Below the pieces are notes generated by a model that worked only from the letters and a program-made list of their open reading frames with translations, was not told the origin of the DNA and searched no databases. A stretch of DNA of 32,280 bases. Origin: a virus. Its lineage: Duplodnaviria > Caudoviricetes. The stretch spans positions 1 to 32,280 of the IMG/VR virus record IMGVR_UViG_3300032255_000013, one strand, 5' to 3'. This document shows, one piece after another, positions 7,368-16,163 of the stretch; position 1 is the first letter of the stretch, and each line of letters begins with the position of its first letter. A program made the position numbers and the translations under genes.

Positions 7368-8342
7368 ATGGCCTTTGCGCTAAAATTTTGGGATACTTTT
7401 GACGGCGAGACATCGACGGTCGATATCAATAGCCGCCCTCCGACTATGTCAGGCCTAAGCTGGAGTGTACCGACTGGGCAGGCCTACCAGCCACAGGTGC
7501 TGACCGATGGCACCGTTGGTCGGTTATGGTATGGCGGCGCTGCGGTATGGTCGTCATCTTTTGCCGACATTACAGGCGCGTGGGCGGACGATCAGCGGAT
7601 AGAGGCCAGCGGCCTAAGTTCTACTTACCGTCGTTTTATCCTTCGTGGCAGTGACAGCGGCAGCGGGTTAGACGGATACACGGCTCAGTATAGTAGCGGC
7701 AGTGGTCAATGGTGGATTAGTCGCATCGATGCGGGCACCGCAACAAATATTTTTACCTTGTCCGCTGCGGCACCAAGTAATACTGACACAATTGCATTTG
7801 AGATTGTCGGCACAACATTAAGTCTTTTCCAAAATGGGTCTTTGTTAGGAACGGCGGTCGACAGTACTCACGCCACAGGCGCTCCTGGTCTTAGCGTGCA
7901 AAAGACTATTTCGTCAGGTGGCATTGATAACTTTGAGGCCTATGACGACGCAGGCGCAGGCGGCACAACGTTTTTTCAAACCAACACGGGCAGCATAGCA
8001 CCAACTGGCGCATTGATCACTCAAGCCACTTTTAGCCAATCTCTATCAGGGCAATCTATACCGAATGGTGTACTGATAAGGCTCATAGGAAAGTCTCTGC
8101 TTGGCTCTGTGACGCCAACCGGCAGCGTACAAAAAAGAATAGACAAAATTCTTGACGGGTCAATAGCGCCAATAGGAACTGTGGCAACGACGATTGTTGT
8201 TTTGGTACAGTTAGCCGGGCAAGTGATAGCAACAGGTATTCTTGATGCGCTATTTATAGCGGGAAGCGGAATTGTCAGGGCTGTTCAATACATGCGAGGC
8301 GTGATAAGAGGTATTATCAGATCAAAAGATGATGAACTTTAA
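7368..8342 (+). CDS. Fibre-like protein: ConA/lectin-like N-terminal domain plus 18-20-aa G-x-x-x-P-x-G repeats
   Basis: Ser/Thr/Gly-rich; repeats GSIAPTG, GQSIPNG, GSVTPTG, GSIAPIG, GQVIATG; alternative GTG start at 7362. Confidence 0.65.
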   Translation: MAFALKFWDTFDGETSTVDINSRPPTMSGLSWSVPTGQAYQPQVLTDGTVGRLWYGGAAVWSSSFADITGAWADDQRIEASGLSSTYRRFILRGSDSGSGLDGYTAQYSSGSGQWWISRIDAGTATNIFTLSAAAPSNTDTIAFEIVGTTLSLFQNGSLLGTAVDSTHATGAPGLSVQKTISSGGIDNFEAYDDAGAGGTTFFQTNTGSIAPTGALITQATFSQSLSGQSIPNGVLIRLIGKSLLGSVTPTGSVQKRIDKILDGSIAPIGTVATTIVVLVQLAGQVIATGILDALFIAGSGIVRAVQYMRGVIRGIIRSKDDEL

Positions 8343-8359
8343 CAGAAAAGGATAATCTT

Positions 8360-8587
8360 ATGTCAAAAGACCCTAATAAAAAAGTAAAAGTCCCACACAA
8401 TGGACCAAAAGAAGAAGAAACTAAAACCAATAAATGCTTGATTATTGAAGATCGTGTTGATCGTATAGAAGCAGTGCTTGGAAAGCTTGCACATTTCTAT
8501 GGTGGCGGTGGGCCACGTGTTCTTCGTGAATTTGGGCTTGATGTTTATGAGCCCACGAAGGATGATATGAAAAAGTTCAAAGGCTAA
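8360..8587 (+). CDS. Hypothetical protein
   Basis: AAAGGA RBS; fits the operon spacing. Confidence 0.65.
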   Translation: MSKDPNKKVKVPHNGPKEEETKTNKCLIIEDRVDRIEAVLGKLAHFYGGGGPRVLREFGLDVYEPTKDDMKKFKG

Positions 8588-8592
8588 TAATA

Positions 8593-8961
8593 ATGCCAGC
8601 AGGCCGACCCACGACATATAACGCTAAAATTCAAAAGATGGCAGAAGTTTATCTGGAAATCTGGAAAGACGACAGCGTTATTCCTTCCATTGCCAGCCTT
8701 GCTTTGTATCTTGGTGTGCCGCGCCCAACGCTTTACGAGTGGAAAGAAAAGCACGATAAATTCAAGCACGTGATTGAGACGGTTCTGGCCACTCAAGAAG
8801 TCGAGGCCCTGAACAAAGGCCTTGAGGGAAAATTCACTCCAACTATATCAAAGCTGGTTCTGGCACATCATGGATATCATGATAAAGTTGATACTGACGT
8901 AACAGATAGGCGGTTGGTAAAGACCATCCGGAAGAGATATGACGGTAAAGACAATTCATAA
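8593..8961 (+). CDS. terS: Terminase small subunit (P22 gp3-like DNA-packaging protein)
   Basis: MPAGRPT start, IPSIASLALYLGVPRPTLYEW HTH, HGYHDK; overlaps terL. Confidence 0.85.
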   Translation: MPAGRPTTYNAKIQKMAEVYLEIWKDDSVIPSIASLALYLGVPRPTLYEWKEKHDKFKHVIETVLATQEVEALNKGLEGKFTPTISKLVLAHHGYHDKVDTDVTDRRLVKTIRKRYDGKDNS

Positions 8962-10432
8962 ACAGAATAGCGAAATTGTTGAATATCACCTAATGCCACA
9001 AGGCGCGGTTCTTCAAAATTATACCGATTGCCGCGCCCGCTGTTCTTTCATTATGGGGCCGCTCGGCTCTGGAAAGACCGTTGAAACGATCAACAAGGTT
9101 CGCGATTTGATGTGCGAACAAATGCCAATCAAAGACAAAGATAATCCAAATTACAACAAACGCCTCAGCCGCTGGATTGCAGCCCGCAACACATATAGCG
9201 AACTATCCACGACAACAATCAAGGACTGGCTCGAAATTAATGGCGACCTCGGGCGTTTTGTATGGGGAGGGAAAGAGCCACCAAATCAAAAACTTGAATT
9301 CGACCTTGAGGACGGGACAACGGTTCAGACAGAAATTTACTTCATTGCGTTTGATCTTCCTGAGCATGTCAAGAAAGCTAGAGGACTTCAGGTAACAGGC
9401 GTTTGGTTGAATGAGGTAAAGGAACTGAGTAAAGCCGTCGTTGATATGCTAGATCTCCGACACGGTCGTTATCCCTCAAGAAAAGAAGGTGTGCTTCCCT
9501 CGTGGCATGGGATGGTTGGCGACACTAACGCCCCCGATCAAGACCATTGGTATTATGACCTTGCTGAAGTGCAGAAGCCAGGCGATTGGAAGTTTTACCG
9601 TCAGCCTGGCGGAGTTGTAAAGGTTGGTAATGAATGGCAAGTGAATCATTATGCCGAGAACATCGTAAATCTGCCGAATAATTATTATTTAATCGGTCTT
9701 CAGGGAAAATCAGACGACTGGATCAAGGTCAATCTGGCAAACGAATATGGCTTTGTGAGCGATGGCAAGCCTGTTCATCCTATGTATGTTGATAGCACTC
9801 ATTGCAAAGACCTTAATTTCAAGCCCCGGCAAGAACTGCCAATCATCCTTGGCTTCGATTTCGGGCGCACGCCTGCTTGTGTGATGGTGCAGCGCGACCA
9901 GGTATATCAGCGCTTTATAGCCTTTGATGAATTCTTGGCCGAGGATATGTCAGCAATCAGCTTTGCACCTGAGTTAAAACGCTATCTCTCTGCAAATTAT
10001 CCCAATATGCGATTTGTGGGATGGGGCGACCCGGCAGGGGGGGACGGAAACCAATCAACAGATCAGACGCCTATCCAAATATTGAACGCTGCCGGAATTC
10101 CATGCGCGCGCACAGCGTCAAATGATCCGCTAAAACGAAGGGCGGCTCTTGAAGACCCAATGAAAGAATTGGCGATGGATGGATCACCTCGGTTCATCAT
10201 TCTTCCCAAGTGCAAAGTTACAAGGCGAGGCCTTCAGGGTGGCTTCTGTTATCGCCGGGTTCAGGTTAGCGGTGAGAAATACACTGACCTTCCAGACAAG
10301 AACAAGTACAGCCACCCTTGCGAGGCGCTTGAATATGCCTTACAAGGGGAGGGGGAAGGAACAAAGGCGCTAGCTGGCCACCAGCAAAACCAGCAACCAG
10401 CGCAAGCAAATATAGGATTTTCTGTTTTCTGA
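8939..10432 (+). CDS. terL: Terminase large subunit
   Basis: Walker A GPLGSGKT, Walker B VWLNE, coupling motif DTNAP, nuclease motifs GFDFG and HPCEAL. Confidence 0.92.
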   Translation: MTVKTIHKQNSEIVEYHLMPQGAVLQNYTDCRARCSFIMGPLGSGKTVETINKVRDLMCEQMPIKDKDNPNYNKRLSRWIAARNTYSELSTTTIKDWLEINGDLGRFVWGGKEPPNQKLEFDLEDGTTVQTEIYFIAFDLPEHVKKARGLQVTGVWLNEVKELSKAVVDMLDLRHGRYPSRKEGVLPSWHGMVGDTNAPDQDHWYYDLAEVQKPGDWKFYRQPGGVVKVGNEWQVNHYAENIVNLPNNYYLIGLQGKSDDWIKVNLANEYGFVSDGKPVHPMYVDSTHCKDLNFKPRQELPIILGFDFGRTPACVMVQRDQVYQRFIAFDEFLAEDMSAISFAPELKRYLSANYPNMRFVGWGDPAGGDGNQSTDQTPIQILNAAGIPCARTASNDPLKRRAALEDPMKELAMDGSPRFIILPKCKVTRRGLQGGFCYRRVQVSGEKYTDLPDKNKYSHPCEALEYALQGEGEGTKALAGHQQNQQPAQANIGFSVF

Positions 10433-10842
10433 TGTTTATACTTAAGCCAAAAGAAGATATCGAATGGTTCGTTGTTTTTGAGCATTCTGAAGAGAAGTTC
10501 TGGTATCAAAAGTTGCTTAAAACGGGCTTTCATCATGTTTATATAATGCGGAAATCAACAGGGGGGCATTTTTGGCTGATCCTAGACAGTAGCATAAGTA
10601 ATTTGAATATTGACGCCAGATCCGCCAAGACTTTTGAAACCGCTCGTGAATATGCTGGTGACTATGCGACTGTTTTGAAATGTCCTGTTTCAATCGATAC
10701 CTTAGTCCATACATGGCAACCGGGTATCATTACTTGCGTTGATGTGGTAAAACGTTGCTTGGGCATTAGGGCGTTGCGAGTGCAAACACCCTTTCAATTG
10801 TTTCAATATCTGGAAAGGAACTGTCATGGGATCTCTGTTTAG
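10432..10842 (+). CDS. Hypothetical protein, possible permuted papain-like fold
   Basis: GFHHVY then ITCVDVVKRCLG; coupled to terL. Confidence 0.65.
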   Translation: MFILKPKEDIEWFVVFEHSEEKFWYQKLLKTGFHHVYIMRKSTGGHFWLILDSSISNLNIDARSAKTFETAREYAGDYATVLKCPVSIDTLVHTWQPGIITCVDVVKRCLGIRALRVQTPFQLFQYLERNCHGISV

Positions 10843-11047
10843 TCCGGGGGCGAAAGAGGCGAAAAGGGCGGCTGCCCTTCAAGAGGAGCAGATCGGTAGA
10901 CAAAAACAAATTGAGGCTGCTCGCAAAGCTGAAGCTGAAGACGAGATTGCAAGGCGCAAATCTCTTGCTGAAAGTGGCAGGGCCGGGAGGAGAGCGCTGA
11001 TCAAGACTTCTGAGCTTGGGTCCGCGCCACGGCAGAGCTTGGGGTAA
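10826..11047 (+). CDS. Small pre-portal protein (podovirus virion-assembly-like)
   Basis: MGSLF start, charged helix, ends in LG just before the portal gene. Confidence 0.7.
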   Translation: MGSLFSPGAKEAKRAAALQEEQIGRQKQIEAARKAEAEDEIARRKSLAESGRAGRRALIKTSELGSAPRQSLG

Positions 11048-11052
11048 AATCA

Positions 11053-12588
11053 ATGGAAGTTCCTAAAGGCTTTGGCACGGTTCAAGCTCTCAAAAAGCGT
11101 TTTTCATCTGCTGAAGCAATCTGGCTGCAATGGCGATCACTGCACCAAGAGTGCTATGATTATTCCGCCCCTCAGCGTGACACTATAACGCGATATGCGC
11201 CGGGACAGAGAAAGAACGTTCATGTTTTCGATAGCACAGCCATTAACGGGCTTGCTGAATTCTCTTCCATTTTGCAAAGTACAATGGTTCCGCCGTGGCG
11301 CGAATGGACAAAACTTGCGCCCGGTAGTGAGGTGCCTGAGGGTGATAAGGAAGAAGTCGGCAGATTGCTCGAAGACAATACTAAGGTTGCTTTCTCTCAT
11401 CTGAATCATTCGAATTTCAACACAGAGGTTTCTGCCACATTTCTCGATGTGGGTATTGGAACGGGCGCAATCCATGTTATGGAGGCGCCCTTCACAGATG
11501 ATGTGGCGTTGCAATTTGCGAATGTTCCTTTGGCGGAGTTGTTTCCAGAAATGCCACCTCCCGGCAAGCCTATCATATCATCTTGGCGCAATTTCAGGAT
11601 GCAGATTCGAAACATCAGAGAAACATGGCCAGAAGCTGAATTGCCTGACAAGCTCGAAAAGAAAGCAAATGATCCTAAAAAGTCCTTTGAAGAAGTTGAT
11701 ATTCTCATTGGGTACTTATTCAATGAAGAAGACCGTAAATATTATGATCTCGTGATCTGGGACAAATACTTAATGTGGCATCAAAGTTTTGTCTCTAAGC
11801 GCTTAATCGTAAGCCGGTGGAATGTGGTCCCGGGTGAAGTTTTTGGTCGTGGCCCTGTTATGGAGGTTCTTTCAGACATTAGAACGGCTAACAAGGCAAA
11901 GGAATTCATCCTTGAGAATGCTGCTTTACAAATGTCAGGAGTCTATACCGGCGTAAGTAATGGTGTATTCAATCCATATACTGTCCGTATTCATCCGGGC
12001 TCAATTATTCCTGTTGCATCAAATCAGACTAACAATCCAGATTTAGCGCCGCTGCCATTGTCTGGAAATATTCAACTTGGCGATTTGGTGTTGAGCGATC
12101 TGCAAGCGAACATTCGCAGGGCCCTGTTATCTCAGCCTCTTGGTGAATTAACCGATCCTGTCAGGTCGGCAACTGAAATGATGATCAGAAATCAAGAAGC
12201 TCTTCGCAATCGCGGGGCTCAGATCGGGCGGTTGAGAACGGAATTTCAAGAGCCCCTTTTTGAAGCTGTCGTTGATATACTTCGTGAGCGCGGAAAGGTC
12301 GCTGATATTCGCGTTGATGGCCAAGAGGTGACTATGAAATTCCAAAGCCCTCTTGCGCAAGCTGAATCCATTGAGGATTTCCAGAGCAGCCAGATTTGGC
12401 TTCAATCTTTAGCGGCTGTCATGCCTCAAGAGGTTTTGGCGGGTGCCATTAAGATTGAAGACCTCCCGGGTTTCTGGGCTGAAAAACTTGGTGTTGATAT
12501 GTCTCTGGTGAGAGGTGAGGCAGAAAGAAATAGTCTTGCCAAAACGGTTCAAGAGGCGGCAGAAACTGGCCTTGAAGGGGGTCTTTAA
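11053..12588 (+). CDS. Portal protein (podovirus head-tail connector)
   Basis: 511 aa; FDSTA, RWNVVPGEVFGRGP, SATE, SPLAQA motifs. Confidence 0.92.
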   Translation: MEVPKGFGTVQALKKRFSSAEAIWLQWRSLHQECYDYSAPQRDTITRYAPGQRKNVHVFDSTAINGLAEFSSILQSTMVPPWREWTKLAPGSEVPEGDKEEVGRLLEDNTKVAFSHLNHSNFNTEVSATFLDVGIGTGAIHVMEAPFTDDVALQFANVPLAELFPEMPPPGKPIISSWRNFRMQIRNIRETWPEAELPDKLEKKANDPKKSFEEVDILIGYLFNEEDRKYYDLVIWDKYLMWHQSFVSKRLIVSRWNVVPGEVFGRGPVMEVLSDIRTANKAKEFILENAALQMSGVYTGVSNGVFNPYTVRIHPGSIIPVASNQTNNPDLAPLPLSGNIQLGDLVLSDLQANIRRALLSQPLGELTDPVRSATEMMIRNQEALRNRGAQIGRLRTEFQEPLFEAVVDILRERGKVADIRVDGQEVTMKFQSPLAQAESIEDFQSSQIWLQSLAAVMPQEVLAGAIKIEDLPGFWAEKLGVDMSLVRGEAERNSLAKTVQEAAETGLEGGL

Positions 12589-12899
12589 TGATTAAAGAAA
12601 CTGCACCTGATTATGAGAGCCCATTTGATCACCTTGGATTTGATAGCAAGCAGGATAAAGATAGATACATTGCCGATCGAGATGCGAAATATCGCCATTA
12701 TAATGATTTGATCTACCGAGCCTTCTCTACGGATGCAGGCCGGGCCCTATTTGAAGAAATGAAACGGCAAACAATGATGCTGCCAATTGTCGCAGCGGGT
12801 ACCGATCTGTTTTCAATGGGCAAGGTTGAAGGTAAAAATGAATTTGTAAGGAGTATTATTTTGACAATGGAAAAAGTTGAAGGAGAAGATAATGGGTGA
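12588..12899 (+). CDS. Bbp19-like post-portal protein
   Basis: YRAFSTDAGRALFEEM...EGKNEFVRSI; lies between portal and scaffold. Confidence 0.7.
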   Translation: MIKETAPDYESPFDHLGFDSKQDKDRYIADRDAKYRHYNDLIYRAFSTDAGRALFEEMKRQTMMLPIVAAGTDLFSMGKVEGKNEFVRSIILTMEKVEGEDNG

Positions 12900-13689
12900 C
12901 GATAACGCCGAAACTGGCGTCGAAACTCAAAGTGATGCTGATGCAGTCGCGGCTATGGCGGCAGAAGGATCAAAGACGGAAGGTCAGGACAATGGCGACA
13001 ATAATTCAGAAGACAGGGCCCGGCCAGATCATGTTCCTGAAAAGTTCTGGGACGCTGAAAAAGGAGAAGTCAGGGCAGATGAGGCCATCAAGTCTTACAC
13101 CGAGCTTGAAAAGCGCTTTGGTTCGTTCACAGGTTCGCCAGATGAGTACAAGGTCAATATATCTGATGAACTGAAAGAAAAGGGCGTCGAAATAGATGCA
13201 GATAACGGACTCCTGTCTGACCTGAAAGGCATGTCAAAAGAGCTTGGCTTGAATCAGGATGGTTTTGATAAAGCGATTAACATGCTTGGTATGAATTTTC
13301 TTGCTGACAAGACGGCAGATGAAGAGTTCCGGTTGGAACAACTTGCTGCGCTTGGCGATGGAGCAGACCGCCGTATTGATAATCTGAGGCAATGGGCTTC
13401 GCGGAATCTTAATCAAGAGCATTTTGACGGGTTCTCTGAGCTTACCCAAAGCGCAACTTCAGTGCAGGCGCTCGAGCGCATTGTTGCTATGACTCGAAGC
13501 GCGCCAAGTCAGCCCAATAATAGTCAAGCTGCTCCAGCAATGGATGCGTCAAAGCTCCGGGAAATGAAATTCGCCAAAGATGAAAACGGACGGATGAAAT
13601 ATGATACTGATCCGGAATACCGGAAACAGGTTCAGGCTGGCTATAAAGCTCTTTATGGAGAAGAGCCTGCTCAACAAATGACACGATAA
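12892..13689 (+). CDS. Capsid scaffolding/assembly protein
   Basis: Acidic; RPDHVPEKFWD, KSYTELEK, DPEYRKQV; AAGGAG RBS before ATG 12892. Confidence 0.85.
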   Translation: MGDDNAETGVETQSDADAVAAMAAEGSKTEGQDNGDNNSEDRARPDHVPEKFWDAEKGEVRADEAIKSYTELEKRFGSFTGSPDEYKVNISDELKEKGVEIDADNGLLSDLKGMSKELGLNQDGFDKAINMLGMNFLADKTADEEFRLEQLAALGDGADRRIDNLRQWASRNLNQEHFDGFSELTQSATSVQALERIVAMTRSAPSQPNNSQAAPAMDASKLREMKFAKDENGRMKYDTDPEYRKQVQAGYKALYGEEPAQQMTR

Positions 13690-13698
13690 GGAAAGACA

Positions 13699-14058
13699 AT
13701 GAAATTTATCATCGGAATAATCGCGCTTCTATTTATTTCAGCATGTGGCTCAGTGCCGTGGAACAAGCAGCAATACGCTGGCTTGAATTCTGTTCATTTC
13801 AGCTGGTGTAAGGCTGAAGAGGGCAGCACGTACCTTCCCTGCAAGGTCAGGATCATTGACGGCAAAGAGCAAGGTTCGATCGATTTCAAGTTTCAAATGC
13901 CAGATGGAACCATTCTGAATTTTACGGCTGACAATGTTAAGGCCTTCGAGGGGCAGGCGCTCAGGGCAGAAGTTGAGAAGGCCGTTGCGGAACAGATCGG
14001 AGAAGTATCCCCCGGCCTTGTTGATGCTATATTGAGTGCTGTGACAGGTGTTAAATGA
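13699..14058 (+). CDS. Predicted lipoprotein of unknown function
   Basis: Signal peptide MKFIIGIIALLF with lipobox ISA-C; AAGGA RBS. Confidence 0.8.
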   Translation: MKFIIGIIALLFISACGSVPWNKQQYAGLNSVHFSWCKAEEGSTYLPCKVRIIDGKEQGSIDFKFQMPDGTILNFTADNVKAFEGQALRAEVEKAVAEQIGEVSPGLVDAILSAVTGVK

Positions 14059-14195
14059 TTAGACCTATACCGCCAAGGCGACCAACGCCGCCGAAAGAGC
14101 CAGAAAAACCCGACGATACATCAAGCCCTATTCAGGCTCCAGACCCTCCGGAGCCCCCCTCCATTCCTGCTTCCCCCACGCCTCCGGAAGCCTAA
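14055..14195 (+). CDS. 46-aa proline-rich micro-protein
   Basis: MIRPIPPRRPTPPKEPEKPDDTSSPIQAPDPPEPPSIPASPTPPEA; ATGA overlap with the lipoprotein gene; ends just before a terminator. Confidence 0.55.
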   Translation: MIRPIPPRRPTPPKEPEKPDDTSSPIQAPDPPEPPSIPASPTPPEA

Positions 14196-14199
14196 GCAG

Positions 14200-14226
14200 A
14201 AGCCCCGTCTTTATGGCGGGGTTTTT
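14200..14226 (+). terminator. Intrinsic terminator
   Basis: AAGCCCCGTC-TTTAT-GGCGGGG-TTTTT. Confidence 0.8.
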
Positions 14227-14232
14227 GTTATG

Positions 14233-14260
14233 TTGCATAATGCAAAAATCGTGGTATATT
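14233..14260 (+). promoter_or_regulatory. Promoter for the major capsid gene
   Basis: TTGCAT-N16-TATATT with extended -10 TG; palindrome TTGCATAATGCAA covers the -35. Confidence 0.65.
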
Positions 14261-14267
14261 TGCCTTA

Positions 14268-14342
14268 ACCTACCGATAACCAGTCTTCTGGCCGGAATAT
14301 GGGTGTTTCACCAAGCTGAAACCGCCCCTTTCGGATAAGCGG
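14268..14342 (+). promoter_or_regulatory. Structured 5' leader of the capsid mRNA (three hairpins)
   Basis: CCG-ATAA-CCAG/CTGG-C-CGG; GTTTCA/TGAAAC; CCGC-C-CC/GG-ATAA-GCGG. Confidence 0.55.
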
Positions 14343-14376
14343 GATAAGCTAAAAGTTTATTCACAGGAGACAGACA

Positions 14377-15240
14377 ATGTCTAAATTTCTATCTGCTGCC
14401 GCCCAGCAAGAGTTTGATGATGAAGTCAAACACGAGTATCAGGGCATGGGTAGCCTAGCCGACACTGTTACGCGACGCCGTAACGTGGTTGGCGACATCT
14501 ACAAGTTTCGCCGTATGGGCAAGGGGCTTGCCAATCAGAAAGCCTCTCAGGCTGACGTAACGCCGATGGATATCAGTCACACACTGACCAACTGTGGTCT
14601 TGAGAACTGGAATGCTCCGGAATACACGGACATCTTCGATCAGGCTGAAGTCAACTTTGATGAACAGCGTGAGCTTGCAAAGACCATCGCCAAGGCGCTT
14701 GGCCGTCGTAACGATCAACTGATTATCGATTCAGCGAGCGCAGTGACCTACGCGGCAACAAATGACAGTGATCCGGACACGGGTCGGGTGTTTGATATTT
14801 CCGCAACACGAAACTTTGACTTGCAGGCGGTTCGCTCTGCTAAAGGTCATCTTGACGATATCGAGGCTGAAGCTGATGGTCGTCATTTCGTGGTCAGGGC
14901 TCAGGCCCTTCAGAAGCTGCTTGAAGATACTGAAGTCACAAGCTCTGACTTCAACACTGTCAGGGCGCTGGTTAATGGCGAGCTTGAAACCTATATGGGA
15001 TTCAAGTGGCATATCATAGGCACACGCACTGAAGGTGGTCTTCCGGGTGTTGCTACTGATCGTGAAGCATATGCTTACCAAGATGCCGCTATTGGCCACG
15101 CGGAAGGCATCGCGGCTCGCACAGAGGTTAACTACGTCGCTCAAAAAACATCATGGCTGGCAAATGGCTTGTTGAAGGCTGGCGCTGTAGCGCGTGAGCC
15201 TCAAGGCATCGTCAAAATCCAGTATAATGAAACCGTATAA
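14377..15240 (+). CDS. Major capsid protein
   Basis: CAGGAG RBS; EYTDIFDQAEVNFDEQRELAKTIAKALGRRNDQLII, VTSSDFNTVRALVNGE, YMGFKWH; position after the scaffold. Confidence 0.9.
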   Translation: MSKFLSAAAQQEFDDEVKHEYQGMGSLADTVTRRRNVVGDIYKFRRMGKGLANQKASQADVTPMDISHTLTNCGLENWNAPEYTDIFDQAEVNFDEQRELAKTIAKALGRRNDQLIIDSASAVTYAATNDSDPDTGRVFDISATRNFDLQAVRSAKGHLDDIEAEADGRHFVVRAQALQKLLEDTEVTSSDFNTVRALVNGELETYMGFKWHIIGTRTEGGLPGVATDREAYAYQDAAIGHAEGIAARTEVNYVAQKTSWLANGLLKAGAVAREPQGIVKIQYNETV

Positions 15241-15253
15241 GGAGGGCTGAAAA

Positions 15254-15523
15254 ATGGCTTTTTCTCGTGATGGCTTTTATCAAGTTGGCCCCGGTGGTAA
15301 CTCGCCTCGGCTATGGATGTATGCAACGGCTGATGCGATTGCTACCGTAATCGCCGCTGATTACTTCCTTGACGCAATCAATGAACTTCAGGTCAATGAC
15401 GTTCTGATTGTTGTGTCTTCAACAGGCGGCACGCCAGCGGTTACGTTTACTTATGTGAACGCGAACACAGGCACAGCCATTGACGTTGTTGATGGCCTAT
15501 TAATCCCGGCTACTGACACCTAA
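15254..15523 (+). CDS. Small capsid-associated (decoration/cement-like) protein
   Basis: TAAGGAGG RBS directly after the capsid gene; YATADAIATVIAADYF. Confidence 0.7.
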   Translation: MAFSRDGFYQVGPGGNSPRLWMYATADAIATVIAADYFLDAINELQVNDVLIVVSSTGGTPAVTFTYVNANTGTAIDVVDGLLIPATDT

Positions 15524-15543
15524 GTCAGTCTGGAAAATATACT

Positions 15544-15563
15544 GCTCGCGCTTCGGCGCGGGC
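15544..15563 (+). other. C(UUCG)G tetraloop hairpin without a U-tract
   Basis: GCTCGCGC-TTCG-GCGCGGGC at the end of the capsid transcript region. Confidence 0.7.
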
Positions 15564-15590
15564 GACCTTCAGCCAAGGGAAGCTTAAGCA

Positions 15591-16163
15591 ATGGCCACAT
15601 ATATTGATATTGCATCAAACGCGCTGATCCTGATTGGCGATAATCCAATTTCATCTTTCAATGACCCCGGCGCAGGCGCTCAAGCGGCGGGCAATTTGTA
15701 TCGGGATACCTATAGGCAATTGCTTGCTATGCACCCTTGGACGTTTGCTCTCAAAGAACAGCGGCTTTCACGGTTGAGCCAAGGCCCTGACCCGGAGACA
15801 GGATTTCAGTTCGCTTTTCAAATACCATCTGACCACATTCGCACATGGGCGGTATTGCCTGTAAGTAACTATTCAGCTGTTGGGGATTTGCTTTATTCAA
15901 ATCACAATGATCTTCTGATGCGGTATGTTTTTCAGGTTGAAGAAACAGAGCTTCCTTCTCATTTCACAAAGACGCTCGAATATGTACTTGCTAGAGAGTT
16001 TGCCCAACTGGTCACGGAATCAACAAGCAAGAGCGCGTATTTTGAGGAACTTTACAGAAAATCACTTGCAAGCGCACTCTCTGTCGATGGGCAGGGCCAG
16101 ACGGCAACGCCGATCATTGATAGTCCCTTTGTAGACGTGCGGAATCGTGGAAACTTCAGATAA
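15591..16163 (+). CDS. Tail tubular protein A / adaptor (T7 gp11-like)
   Basis: IASNALILIGDNPISS, HPWTFA, FQIPSD; size and position fit. Confidence 0.85.
   Translation: MATYIDIASNALILIGDNPISSFNDPGAGAQAAGNLYRDTYRQLLAMHPWTFALKEQRLSRLSQGPDPETGFQFAFQIPSDHIRTWAVLPVSNYSAVGDLLYSNHNDLLMRYVFQVEETELPSHFTKTLEYVLAREFAQLVTESTSKSAYFEELYRKSLASALSVDGQGQTATPIIDSPFVDVRNRGNFR

Noticed and set aside
14041-14060. Programmed frameshift fusing the lipoprotein to the Pro-rich ORF
   Set aside because: No slippery heptamer, and the -1 frame has TAA immediately before the ATG; translational coupling is the simpler explanation
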